This document shows, one piece after another, positions 26,441 to 35,113 of a DNA stretch of 62,539 nucleotides. A program made the position numbers and the translations under genes. Within the stretch, counting starts at the first letter, position 1. Every line of letters begins with the position of its first letter. This stretch comes from Alphaproteobacteria bacterium (GTDB lineage: Bacteria > Pseudomonadota > Alphaproteobacteria > Rs-D84): contig WRJH01000001.1 of the NCBI GenBank assembly GCA_009782315.1, positions 1 through 62,539 on the forward strand, read 5' to 3'. The notes under the pieces are model-generated. The model saw only the letters and a program-made list of their open reading frames with translations. It searched no databases and was not told where the DNA came from.

Positions 26441-27517
26441 TTACATCGTTTTCCCAAACTGTTGTTCCGCAAGCCTTCGGACGTTCATAACGACCGGCGC
26501 GTCGCCGTCGTCTTTTTCCGGGATGAATTTTGCCGACGAAAGCGCATCGAAATCCAAACCGTAAAAATTCGCGGCATGCATGGAATATTCCATTATCTGG
26601 TGATAAACCTCTTGCCCCGCCGCGTACTGGTACGCCCTGCGGATGTCGCCCATAAATATCCCGGCGGCCGGCGACGCGGTCCGTTTCTTTTCCACTTGGT
26701 GCGGGGCGCTGTCGCTGCCCAGCATCATACGCGAATATTTGCAGTCCATCCAGAATTTAAGCAAAGCCGCCCGATTCTTTTCCGTTTGGATAATCGGTTT
26801 GCAAAAATAATACGGCCATAATTTCGTCAGCATCGCTTCGGCGGTCGCCGGCAAATCTATGCCCAACTGTTCCTGGCTGAAAGCCAGATGATGCGGCGTT
26901 ATGGTGCACCACAGGCCGTGGTTGAAACATTCCCTTAACCCGTATTCCGTGGAAATATGTTCGACGGATATTTTCATATTGCGTTGCTTTCCATCTTTTT
27001 CAATGAACTGTGGCAGAACGCGCCTGAACGCGGATTCTTCTTTTTTCGACGTGTCGGCCTCGTCCGGGTCTTCCATGTGCAGCGCCAGCGGCAGGTTTGC
27101 GGCCTGGACCACGTCGATAAGCGTTTGCGCGTGCTTTATATCCGGGGCGTATCCGGAATTCGTGCTTTGACCCTGGGTGAACAGTTTGAATCCGGCCAGC
27201 GGAAGATTTTGCTTTTGTGCAAGCGTTATAAAAGATTCCAGACTTTTCGCGGTCATTTGGTTGTTCAACACCGGCATAATCAGCGCGATATGTTCATAGT
27301 TGCCGACACCCGCCGCCGCGCCGTGTATGCTGGCGGCGTATTCATGGCAGAATTTAACGTCCGCATTAACATCGTAAAGTTCCAAAGGATTCGGAAAATT
27401 CATCATGTAAACGCCGCCGGAATACAGGCCGTATGTCGGCATGGATTTCAAGAATTCCGGTGTTCCCGGTTCGCGGGCATGAATATGGCCGTCGAAAACT
27501 ATGTATTTTTTTATCAT
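26441..27517 (-). CDS. pyrC: dihydroorotase (class II, E. coli PyrC type)
   Basis: By-eye alignment to E. coli PyrC: DGHIHAREPG (DWHLHLRDG), GFKLFTQGQSTNSGY (AAKLYPANATTNSSH), SVEHIST (VFEHITT), CTITPHHL (ATITPQHL), FCKPII (YCLPIL), LGSDSAPH (LGTDSAPH). Confidence 0.75.
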   Translation of the reverse strand: MIKKYIVFDGHIHAREPGTPEFLKSMPTYGLYSGGVYMMNFPNPLELYDVNADVKFCHEYAASIHGAAAGVGNYEHIALIMPVLNNQMTAKSLESFITLAQKQNLPLAGFKLFTQGQSTNSGYAPDIKHAQTLIDVVQAANLPLALHMEDPDEADTSKKEESAFRRVLPQFIEKDGKQRNMKISVEHISTEYGLRECFNHGLWCTITPHHLAFSQEQLGIDLPATAEAMLTKLWPYYFCKPIIQTEKNRAALLKFWMDCKYSRMMLGSDSAPHQVEKKRTASPAAGIFMGDIRRAYQYAAGQEVYHQIMEYSMHAANFYGLDFDALSSAKFIPEKDDGDAPVVMNVRRLAEQQFGKTM

Positions 27518-27606
27518 GGATAATCCTGTTATTGTTGTTTTTGATTTTCGGTGTGATAGAAGCGCTTTTTAGGGCTTTTGTCAACCGAATAACTTTGTGG
27601 GGGGAT

Positions 27607-27629
27607 ATAAAAAATCCGCCATGCGGCGG
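27607..27629 (-). terminator. putative intrinsic terminator after mraZ
   Basis: On the minus strand, CCGCC-GCAT-GGCGG followed by ATTTTTT. It begins 2 nt past the mraZ stop. Confidence 0.45.
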
Positions 27630-27630
27630 T

Positions 27631-28083
27631 TTACTTGTTTTCCAATTTCAAATTCGGCCGACTTTTCCGCAATGCGGCCAGCGACTTTTCCTGGGCCGCT
27701 TTGAATGCCGCCGGTTCCCAGATTTGAAATGAATTGCCGCGGCCGACGAATATCGCCGCATCCCGTATCCCTGCATGTTCCAGCAAATCGGCCGGTATAA
27801 CCACGCGGCCGGTGACGTCGAATTGCAAAGGGCGCGCGTCCGCGAACAGCATGGCGGACAAATCGTCCAGTTCGGCGTCGAACACGCCCATCTGGTCCGT
27901 GGCCTGGGCCATCTTTTCCATGCGCGACATCGACAAACCCTCTATACAGCCGTTCGTAAAAGAGCGGTATAAAACGATTCCGGCAAAATTTTCGGAATTT
28001 ACAGACGAACGGAATGGGGCCGGAATGGAAATTCGACCCTTGGTATCCAGGCGATTTTCATAAGTGGAGAGAAATAATGGCAT
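27631..28083 (-). CDS. mraZ: transcriptional regulator MraZ
   Basis: 150 aa. N-terminus MPLFLSTYENRLDTKGRISIPAPFR, plus a second SpoVT/AbrB-like repeat (FDVTGRVVIPADL). Confidence 0.88.
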   Translation of the reverse strand: MPLFLSTYENRLDTKGRISIPAPFRSSVNSENFAGIVLYRSFTNGCIEGLSMSRMEKMAQATDQMGVFDAELDDLSAMLFADARPLQFDVTGRVVIPADLLEHAGIRDAAIFVGRGNSFQIWEPAAFKAAQEKSLAALRKSRPNLKLENK

Positions 28084-28330
28084 TACAGCCCCTTTTTCCG
28101 ATTCGTTGTCCTATTTATAGCGCAGTAAAGCATGGTTGTCAATGACAATGTATAATTATTTTATGGGATTTTATGGTTTGAATGGATATAAATGAATAAT
28201 AGTAAATAAAATTAAAATAAAATGTATTTTTTACTTGACGGCCGATTCGTTTTTTTACTAAGCTGTGTGTATAGACAGGTAAAGAATTTGCAAAACACGC
28301 AGAAATCTGCGGAATATGCAGAAAAACAAC

Positions 28331-28430
28331 GATTTCGGATTTATGAATTCTGATTTCTGATTTGGTTTCGTATGGACGCGGTCTATACAAAGAAAACTTA
28401 AATCAGAATTCATAAATCCGAAATCATAAA
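28331..28430. repeat. inverted heptamer array (GATTTNN family)
   Basis: GATTTCGGATTTATGAATTCTGATTTCTGATTT ... AAATCAGAATTCATAAATCCGAAATCATAAA. Lies just upstream of the 28436 ORF. Confidence 0.8.
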
Positions 28431-28435
28431 TAAAA

Positions 28436-28783
28436 ATGGAGGAAGGAATGGCGAAAGAGTTGAAAGAAATCATGGCGGCGCTGGACAAAGTCCTTTGCAC
28501 CACAGTCTGGGTCAATGCAGACCGTCAGATTGTGTCGCTGGCGGACGAACTTCACATCGGCGCGGGCAACAGCCCACGCACAATCGAAGATTTGTCGCGC
28601 GCCAGCTTGACCGGTGCATACGTTTCTTTGCAAATCCGCAGCGACGATTTTTCGGTTGCGGCGGAAGGCCTTGAAACCGCGGACCTGGCGGCAAAGGTGA
28701 AAGAAATGGTTTTCGCCGAAGCCAAAAAGGTTATGGACGAAGCGTCCGGCGCGTTTTCTGAAAAAGTCGCAATGGCCGCGTAA
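28436..28783 (+). CDS. hypothetical protein (115 aa)
   Basis: ORF with AAATGGAGGAAGG upstream context and a strong terminator downstream. No family recognised. Confidence 0.45.
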   Translation: MEEGMAKELKEIMAALDKVLCTTVWVNADRQIVSLADELHIGAGNSPRTIEDLSRASLTGAYVSLQIRSDDFSVAAEGLETADLAAKVKEMVFAEAKKVMDEASGAFSEKVAMAA

Positions 28784-28848
28784 TCCGCCTGTGCGCTTTG
28801 CGCACCGGCGCGACAAACCAGTTTCCCGTAACAGGGAAGGAAGGGAGC

Positions 28849-28880
28849 CCCCCCGCCGTTTCGGCGGGGGTCTTTTATTT
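28849..28880 (+). terminator. intrinsic terminator
   Basis: CCCCCGCCG-TTT-CGGCGGGGG followed by TCTTTTATTT. Confidence 0.7.
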
Positions 28881-28915
28881 GCAATTTATCTGTATTCATG
28901 TAAAATACCCTGGTC

Positions 28916-28991
28916 GTCCCCATAGTTCAATTGGATAGAACGGGGTCCTCCTAAGACTCAGATGTGGGTTCGATTCCTCCTGGGGACGCCA
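28916..28991 (+). tRNA. tRNA-Arg (CCT)
   Basis: Acceptor GTCCCCA/TGGGGAC, anticodon loop CTCCTAA, T-arm GGTTCGATTCC, encoded CCA. Confidence 0.88.
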
Positions 28992-29000
28992 AAAAATTAT

Positions 29001-29120
29001 TATAACGGGCCATCTACTTTACGTTTGCTCGTTTTTGGCTCGGTCATGTACCACACGTACACTCCGTCGCCAAAAACTTCGCAATACGCAGTATCTGACC
29101 CATTCTAATAATTTTTTACC
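29001..29120. repeat. R4 repeat, copy 2 (inverted relative to 9277-9400)
   Basis: Its reverse complement matches copy 1 across both conserved arms. The central hairpin differs but keeps pairing (TGTAC..GTACA versus TGTAT..ATACA). Confidence 0.75.
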
Positions 29121-29135
29121 AAAAAGGGATAATTT

Positions 29136-29255
29136 ATGAGAAATTTATATTTGATTTTTGTTTTATGCGCGGCGCTGGCCGCGGCCGCGTGCGGCATCAA
29201 ATCCGACTTGGACCATCCTAATGCGGGTTTTCCGCGCGACTATCCGGTGTATTGA
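29136..29255 (+). CDS. small lipoprotein (39 aa), LptM/YifL-like
   Basis: Hand translation MRNLYLIFVLCAALAAAACGIKSDLDHPNAGFPRDYPVY. Has a lipobox-type Cys followed by a G.K..L..P pattern. Below the ORF-track cutoff. Confidence 0.5.
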   Translation: MRNLYLIFVLCAALAAAACGIKSDLDHPNAGFPRDYPVY

Positions 29256-29418
29256 TTTTGTTTGAATCCGAGCGCATAAGGATTAGGTTTTTTGCGTTAT
29301 AAGCAAAAAACCATATATCCGCGTCGCAAGGATGCAAGTGGCTACAGAAATATGATAGGCAAGTAACCCAGTACTTGACTTTTTAATGCCTGGGATATAA
29401 AATGCACGGGTTTTGTAT

Positions 29419-29494
<76 letters not shown>

Positions 29495-29617
29495 CCCTTC
29501 GCCTCTGCGAGGCTTCGGGTGGCTTCGCCACACGAAATGACGAGCAGTGATAGGCGAAGGAGTGCCCACCGAAGCACAAAGTGCGAAGGCGGGCCGGTAG
29601 GTTAGGTTTTTATGTAT

Positions 29618-29695
29618 GGCGGGTATAGCTCAGTTGGTTAGAGCGCCAGTTTGTGGTACTGGATGTCGCCGGTTCAAATCCGGTTACTCGCCCCA
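29618..29695 (+). tRNA. tRNA-His (GTG) with encoded G-1
   Basis: G-1 at 29618 lies opposite C73. Acceptor GCGGGTA/TACTCGC, anticodon loop TTGTGGT, encoded CCA. Confidence 0.85.
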
Positions 29696-29783
29696 TTTTT
29701 ATCCGCCGACCGGCGGATTTTATAATTGATTTTTATATCGGCGTAGAGTATTATCCCCAAGTCAAAAAAAGAAAGGAGTCGTA

Positions 29784-30344
29784 ATGGATTACGCTTTATT
29801 AAAAGCCGAAGCGGAACAAAAAGGCAATGCAACAATCGAAGTCTTGAAAAAAGAATTCGCCGGTTTGCGCACCGGACGCGCTTCGGTAACCCTGCTTGAC
29901 GGCGTGCACGTCGAAGTATACGGCGCGGACATGCCGCTGAACCAAATCGCGACGGTATCAACACCCGAAGCCCAGGTTATATCCGTATCCGTTTGGGACG
30001 CGTCCAACGTCGCATCCGTCGAAAAAGCCATACGCGATTCCGGATTGGGACTGAACCCCATGACCGCGGGCGGCGTCATACGCCTTAACATGCCGCCGCT
30101 TACCGAAGAACGCCGCCGCGATTTGGTAAAGGTTGCAAAGAAATACGCAGAAGACGCGCACATCGCGCTGCGCAATGTTCGTCAGGATTTGATGAACAAA
30201 ATCAAAAAGGCCGAATCCGACAAAGAGATTTCCGAAGACGACCAGAAAAGATTTGGCGAAGATTTGCAGAAAGTGTTCGATGCAAAGGGATCTGACATCG
30301 ACGCCGCCGCGAAACAAAAAGAACAAGATATAATGTCTGTTTGA
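29784..30344 (+). CDS. frr: ribosome recycling factor
   Basis: 186 aa. Canonical RRF motifs: LRTGRAS..LLD.V.V.YYG, LTEERR..LVK. Confidence 0.92.
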   Translation: MDYALLKAEAEQKGNATIEVLKKEFAGLRTGRASVTLLDGVHVEVYGADMPLNQIATVSTPEAQVISVSVWDASNVASVEKAIRDSGLGLNPMTAGGVIRLNMPPLTEERRRDLVKVAKKYAEDAHIALRNVRQDLMNKIKKAESDKEISEDDQKRFGEDLQKVFDAKGSDIDAAAKQKEQDIMSV

Positions 30345-30362
30345 CGCAAGGCGTCAAACAGA

Positions 30363-30446
30363 CAGAGCATAGATAATAGAGCATAGATAATGTTTGGATT
30401 TTTAAGAAAGAAATCGCTAGCCACCAGCCACCAGCCACCAGCCACC
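30363..30446. repeat. two one-armed heptamer arrays flanking the uppS start (AGAGCAT/AGATAAT type, then AGCCACC x4)
   Basis: 30363-30390 CAGAGCATAGATAATAGAGCATAGATAA. 30419-30446 AGCCACCAGCCACCAGCCACCAGCCACC, translated as ATSHQPPAT in the UppS N-terminal extension. Confidence 0.75.
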
Positions 30447-31166
30447 CCAAATCATATCGCATTCATTTGCGACGGCAACCGCACTTGGGCAAAAAAACGG
30501 GGGCTGCCGGCAATACAGGGGCACAGCCGCGCGGCGGGCGGCGATATTTCCAAAATGGTCGATTGGTTCTTTGCGCGCGGCGCGACCACTTTGACGTATT
30601 TTATCTTTTCCACGGAAAATTGGACCCGGTCAAAGGAAGAGGTTGATTTTCTGATGAAGCTTTTCGAAGAGGTTCTGGACCGGAATTGCAAGGACGCGAA
30701 AAAGAAAAACGTTCGGTTCAAAGTAATCGGAAGGCGCGACCGGGTATCAAGCGCGTTGCTTTCAAAAATCGAAAGATTGGAAAAGGAAACGGACGAAAAT
30801 ACCCGTGGAACCGTTGTGTTTGCGCTGGATTTCGGCGGGCATGACGAAATCGTCCGCGCCGCCGCCGCCGCCATAGAATCCGGAATTCCGTCTGCGGAAT
30901 TGGATATAAATACTTTTGAAACATTCATGGACACCGGCGACATTCTGCCCGTCGACATGATGGTGCGCACCAGCAACGAACAGCGCATATCGAATTTCAT
31001 GTTATGGAAGCTGGCGTATGCGGAATTATTTTTCACACCGGAACAATGGCCGGAATATGTGAATAGCGAAAAATTATGGCAAAAGACATTGGACGAATTC
31101 GCACGCCGCAACAGACGTTTCGGCGGAGGGTGCGAAAAAAATTACAGCGGGGAAAAATCAGAATGA
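30390..31166 (+). CDS. uppS: undecaprenyl-diphosphate synthase (isoprenyl transferase)
   Basis: HIAFICDGNRTWAKKRGL, FSTENW.R, and RTSNEQRISNFMLW...AE motifs. Confidence 0.9.
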   Translation: MFGFLRKKSLATSHQPPATPNHIAFICDGNRTWAKKRGLPAIQGHSRAAGGDISKMVDWFFARGATTLTYFIFSTENWTRSKEEVDFLMKLFEEVLDRNCKDAKKKNVRFKVIGRRDRVSSALLSKIERLEKETDENTRGTVVFALDFGGHDEIVRAAAAAIESGIPSAELDINTFETFMDTGDILPVDMMVRTSNEQRISNFMLWKLAYAELFFTPEQWPEYVNSEKLWQKTLDEFARRNRRFGGGCEKNYSGEKSE

Positions 31167-31825
31167 AAAATATCGTAAAAAGAATATTGGTTGGCGCGGG
31201 AATAGCAATCGTCGCAATCTTTGCCGCGGCGTTGGAATATTATTCCATTCCGGCGGTGCGATGGCTGGCGGTTCTAATCGTTTTTGGGATGGCCATTGAA
31301 CTGGCCGTCGGCGTGCGCCGGCGCATAGCAAAGGAAAAAGATGCGCAAAAGATAAACCAACTGTGGACCAACTATTCGATAATCATCGTGCCCGCCGTCA
31401 TATTCATCGCTTTTTCCGCGCATGCGGTCGGGTCAAAGCCGTGGATTATGTTTCTGTTGTTGTTGATTATATCCGCCGCGGACACGGGCGCATGGTTTTT
31501 CGGAAAATGGTTGGGCACCACGAAACTGTGGGAAAAGATTTCGCCGAACAAAACATGGTCCGGGCAGATTGCCGGAATAATATGCGGATGCGGCGCGGCC
31601 GTTTTGTACGGGATTATCGGCGCCGGGATATTCATGCCGCAACTGATGTGGATAGGAATCGCCGTGGCATTGCTTTCACAGTACGGCGATCTGACCGCCA
31701 GCTGGCTGAAACGAAAACTGGGGGTCAAGGATTTTGGCGGCGCGCTGCCCGGTCACGGCGGAATTCTGGACAGGTTCGACGGCTGGATTTTCGTTCTGCC
31801 GATAACATGGCTGGCGATGGCGTAA
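31163..31825 (+). CDS. cdsA: phosphatidate cytidylyltransferase
   Basis: Start MKNIVKR overlaps the uppS stop (ATGA). Multi-TM protein with the C-terminal signature SQYGDLTASWLKRKLGVKDFGGALPGHGGILDRFDG. Confidence 0.88.
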   Translation: MKNIVKRILVGAGIAIVAIFAAALEYYSIPAVRWLAVLIVFGMAIELAVGVRRRIAKEKDAQKINQLWTNYSIIIVPAVIFIAFSAHAVGSKPWIMFLLLLIISAADTGAWFFGKWLGTTKLWEKISPNKTWSGQIAGIICGCGAAVLYGIIGAGIFMPQLMWIGIAVALLSQYGDLTASWLKRKLGVKDFGGALPGHGGILDRFDGWIFVLPITWLAMA

Positions 31826-31841
31826 TAAAAAGGAAGAGAAA

Positions 31842-32900
31842 ATGTTATCAATATTACTATCAATAATCGGATTTCTTGTCGTTTTGGGTCTGGCCGTTCT
31901 GGTTCACGAATTTGGCCATTACTGGGCGGCGCGGTATGCGCGCGTTACGGTCAATACTTTTTCAATCGGATTCGGGCCGGCGATTGTGAAATGGACGGAC
32001 AAGCGCGGAACGGTTTGGAAAATTTCCGCCGTGCCGCTGGGCGGATATGTCTCGCTGTACGGGAACGAAGATATTTTCAATCGGAAAAATTACGACAAGC
32101 TGTCCCCAAAAAAGAAAAAAGGGCATTATCTTTCCGCAAAATTATGGCAAAGGATTCTGATATGCGTCGGCGGCGTCGCCATGAATTTTGCGTTGGCCTT
32201 TGCGATTTACACATCGTTTTTCGCAGCTTTTCCGCGAACCGTGCAGATGCCAGTTGTGGGCCAGGTGATACGGGATTCCATCGCGTACAATGCCGGCGTG
32301 CGCGCGGGCGACACCGTCGCGCGCATAGACGGGACGAAAATTTCAAACTGGGGCGATATTATTCTGGCCAAAGAACTGGCGTCCAATCGCGACGCAGAGG
32401 TTGTATTGCTGCGCGGCGAATTGTCGGTCGTGACGAAATTGTCGCCGGCGGAACGCTGGGGGCTGGTCGCGGACGGGTCGAAAACCTTTGTTCAAAAAAA
32501 GAACATTTTCGGCGCGATGTATTCGGGCGCGCGCGAAGTTTGGGTGCAATCCAAAACAATCGTCACGGTGATTTCGCAAATCATAACCGGTGAGCGTTCG
32601 TCCAAACAGCTGGGCAGTTTCATATTAATCGCCCAGATGTCGGGCAAGGCGCTGTCGGCCGGAATTATGGCGCTGTTTTCGCTGGTCGCGCTGCTTTCCG
32701 TTAATTTTGCCGTGCTGAACCTTTTGCCGTTGCCGGTTCTTGACGGCGGGACGCTGATTCTGCTTTTGGCCGAAGGGATAACGCGCAAAAAAATCCAGGG
32801 CCGCATCGTCGAATACATATTCATCGGCGGCTGGGTATTTTTGATATTATTGTTCGCGCTGACCATGAAGAACGATATATTCAGATTGCTTGGCTGGTGA
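31842..32900 (+). CDS. rseP: RIP zinc metalloprotease RseP
   Basis: HEFGHY zinc motif in TM1, one PDZ-like segment, C-terminal NLLPLPVLDGG motif. Confidence 0.88.
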   Translation: MLSILLSIIGFLVVLGLAVLVHEFGHYWAARYARVTVNTFSIGFGPAIVKWTDKRGTVWKISAVPLGGYVSLYGNEDIFNRKNYDKLSPKKKKGHYLSAKLWQRILICVGGVAMNFALAFAIYTSFFAAFPRTVQMPVVGQVIRDSIAYNAGVRAGDTVARIDGTKISNWGDIILAKELASNRDAEVVLLRGELSVVTKLSPAERWGLVADGSKTFVQKKNIFGAMYSGAREVWVQSKTIVTVISQIITGERSSKQLGSFILIAQMSGKALSAGIMALFSLVALLSVNFAVLNLLPLPVLDGGTLILLLAEGITRKKIQGRIVEYIFIGGWVFLILLFALTMKNDIFRLLGW

Positions 32901-33241
32901 TGACGAATTATTCGGCCGGTCTTTTTGCCGAATTCATCGCCCGCATGTATTTGCGATTCCACGGGTTTCGCATATTAAAGCAACGGTATGTCACCGGGCG
33001 TTACACGGGCCGGGCGGAAATCGATATAATCGCCGCCAAAGGAAATCTGATAATTTTCGTCGAAGTGAAAAAACGTGAAACCGCGGCGGCGGGCGCCAGT
33101 GCCGTAACGTTCGCCCAGGGTCGGCGGCTTCGCTTTGCTGCGGAAACATATCTGTTGCGAAACCGCCATACGGGCGACGCGCGGTTCGACATTATCGTCG
33201 TATCCGGATTCCGCGTCCGCTGGTTCAAAAATTTCATTTGA
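32897..33241 (+). CDS. yraN: YraN-family (UPF0102) endonuclease-like protein
   Basis: 114 aa with G..AE..A..YL...G..IL..R.....GEIDIIA......IFVEVK.R pattern. Overlaps the rseP stop. Confidence 0.8.
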   Translation: MMTNYSAGLFAEFIARMYLRFHGFRILKQRYVTGRYTGRAEIDIIAAKGNLIIFVEVKKRETAAAGASAVTFAQGRRLRFAAETYLLRNRHTGDARFDIIVVSGFRVRWFKNFI

Positions 33242-33301
33242 TTTTCAGTGATAATTTGATAATATTCCCAATGTTACATTTGTAGCAAAAAGGAGTAAAC
33301 C

Positions 33302-33457
33302 ATGAAAAAAGTACTGTTGCTTTGCATTGCGGGCGTCCTGTTGTCGGGTTGCGTCGGCTTTGTCGAAGGCAAATCCAAAACAACCGGCAAAAAGACGAAC
33401 GATATGTACGTTCTGCATCCGGTGATTACAATTTCCGGGTATATCTCGCAGATGTAA
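33302..33457 (+). CDS. small lipoprotein (51 aa)
   Basis: Hand translation MKKVLLLCIAGVLLSGCVGFVEGKSKTTGKKTNDMYVLHPVITISGYISQM. Lipobox LLSG-C, AGGAG upstream, terminator directly downstream. Confidence 0.6.
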   Translation: MKKVLLLCIAGVLLSGCVGFVEGKSKTTGKKTNDMYVLHPVITISGYISQM

Positions 33458-33462
33458 GAAAA

Positions 33463-33490
33463 TCCCCGCTTTTGCGGGGATTTTTCTTTT
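33463..33490 (+). terminator. intrinsic terminator
   Basis: TCCCCGC-TTTT-GCGGGGA followed by TTTTTCTTTT. Confidence 0.75.
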
Positions 33491-33591
33491 GACTTTTCAT
33501 TTAAATAAACTATCCTTGAACATTACGTATTTTCAATACATAGGCATTGATGCCTGATGAAAATTGTCGCCAATGAATCTATGGTAGGGCC

Positions 33592-34482
33592 ATGTCAAAA
33601 CGTTTGTTCATTTTCGCATCCTGGGACCAGGACTGTATAATCGACAGTTCGGTGACCTTTTACCTGGGCGCTTTGTCGGAACTGGGCGACATCATATTCG
33701 TGTCAGATTGCGACACGTGTGCCGACGAATTGGCGAAATTAAAATCGATTCCGAATATTATCCATATAATATCCGGCCGTCACGGCGAATACGATTTCGG
33801 TTCGTACAAACGCGGATACGCGTATGCGGCCGATAACAAAATTCTGGAAAAATACGATTGGATTTATTTTGTGAACGATTCCGTGTACGGGCCTTTGCGT
33901 CCGCTGGGTCCCGTGTTGCAGGAAATGGAATCCAAAAACGCCGACGCCGTCGGAATGTATCACGTCAACCGGCACGATATTTCGGCGCATCTGCAAACAT
34001 GGTTCATCGGCGTGACGAAAAGAGTCGGAAAAGAAGAATGGTTTGCGGAATTTTTACAAAATATCAGGGCGCGCGAAAACAAAAGCGACATAGTTATCGA
34101 ATATGAATTCGGAATGTCGGGGTTGCTGTGCCGCCACGGCTGCGAATTCGGCGGACTGATTTCCGCCCGCGAAAACGAAGACGGTTTTCGCAATCCGGCG
34201 CTGGCGTTGTCGCGCGGTTTGCCGTTCGTGAAAAAATCAAGAATCGCGATGAGCAATATCAGAAACGCGCGCGCAATCCGGAAATACATTCCGGAAAACA
34301 TAATGATGATGATATTTCGGGATATGAAACGTCATGATTTCGGATTCGGCCATTATCGGCGGATTATCAGTTTCCGCCTGTTCGGATTCATTCCGATTCT
34401 GGATATCCAAAGACATTACAACGATAAAAAAATCAAAGTGTTCCTGTTCAAATATATTCCGATTTTGGGAATGAATTTTTAA
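33592..34482 (+). CDS. rhamnan-synthesis protein F (RgpF)-like polysaccharide biosynthesis protein
   Basis: 296 aa. The pattern ...IFASWD....ID..V.FYL..L......IIFVS......ELAKL......II...N.G.DFGSYK.G... recalled from the RgpF family. Recognition is from memory only. Confidence 0.45.
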   Translation: MSKRLFIFASWDQDCIIDSSVTFYLGALSELGDIIFVSDCDTCADELAKLKSIPNIIHIISGRHGEYDFGSYKRGYAYAADNKILEKYDWIYFVNDSVYGPLRPLGPVLQEMESKNADAVGMYHVNRHDISAHLQTWFIGVTKRVGKEEWFAEFLQNIRARENKSDIVIEYEFGMSGLLCRHGCEFGGLISARENEDGFRNPALALSRGLPFVKKSRIAMSNIRNARAIRKYIPENIMMMIFRDMKRHDFGFGHYRRIISFRLFGFIPILDIQRHYNDKKIKVFLFKYIPILGMNF

Positions 34483-34779
34483 TTATTTGATTACCGCGGT
34501 TTTGATAAGCGCCAGGTCTTCCTTTATAACGTCCAGTTTCAATTGCAATTGCGCGATGCCGGATTCCAAAGACGCCGCGCGGTTTTCCAGCGCGGTCGTG
34601 CGCGATTCTATTTTTTGAACGTCGTCGATGGACAAATCGTGCTTTGCGACCCAATATACCGCCGTGCCGACGAACATGATAAGGAACCACGAATTGCGCA
34701 GACTGTCCAACAAAGCATTTTGCGGGCTTTGCGCCGCGGCGTGCCGTTTTGCGGCCAGCTGTTTTATTTTTTCAACCAT
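34483..34779 (-). CDS. hypothetical membrane/coiled-coil protein (98 aa)
   Basis: One TM (WFLIMFVGTAVYWVA) followed by a coiled coil. Downstream of the portal module. Confidence 0.4.
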   Translation of the reverse strand: MVEKIKQLAAKRHAAAQSPQNALLDSLRNSWFLIMFVGTAVYWVAKHDLSIDDVQKIESRTTALENRAASLESGIAQLQLKLDVIKEDLALIKTAVIK

Positions 34780-34797
34780 GTTTTTTCTCTTTGTATT

Positions 34798-34850
34798 GTA
34801 GGGGCGCGTATTCGCGCCCTTTTGTTGGGCGCAAATATGCGCCCCTACGG
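34798..34850. repeat. R3 double-hairpin element
   Basis: TGTAGGGGCGCGTATTCGCGCCC-TTTTGT-TGGGCGCAAATATGCGCCCCTAC. Confidence 0.7.
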
Positions 34851-35042
34851 TTTTTTACCGCGTTCGATTAGATTTTCAATCTGGCGGACTAATGCGCGCT
34901 GGCCCTCTAGATGACGCAATTGATTGTCCGTTGCGTCCGGGCCCAAAAACCGCATAACCGTGATTTCGCGAATATGTTCCAAAACCCGCGCGCCGTCCGC
35001 CGTGCCGAACGCGCGAGTATATGATTTTTCGATGTCTTTCAT
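34845..35042 (-). CDS. small phage protein (Bbp19-like, recalled from BPP-1-type podophages)
   Basis: Start at MKDIEK with an AAGGAG SD. Contains the FG...G..VL.H....T......GP......LRHLEGQRALV pattern. Directly downstream of the portal gene. Confidence 0.4.
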   Translation of the reverse strand: MKDIEKSYTRAFGTADGARVLEHIREITVMRFLGPDATDNQLRHLEGQRALVRQIENLIERGKKP

Positions 35043-35055
35043 TTTTGCTCCTTTC

Positions 35056-35113
35056 AGTCGCAAATAGTCGGAAGTCGATAGTCTTAAGTCTATAGACTAT
35101 CGACTTTAGACTA
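35056..35113. repeat. inverted heptamer array (AGTCNNN family) between the portal gene and the next gene
   Basis: AGTCGCAAATAGTCGGAAGTCGATAGTCTTAAGTCTA / TAGACTATCGACTTTAGACTA, with no spacer. Confidence 0.8.
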
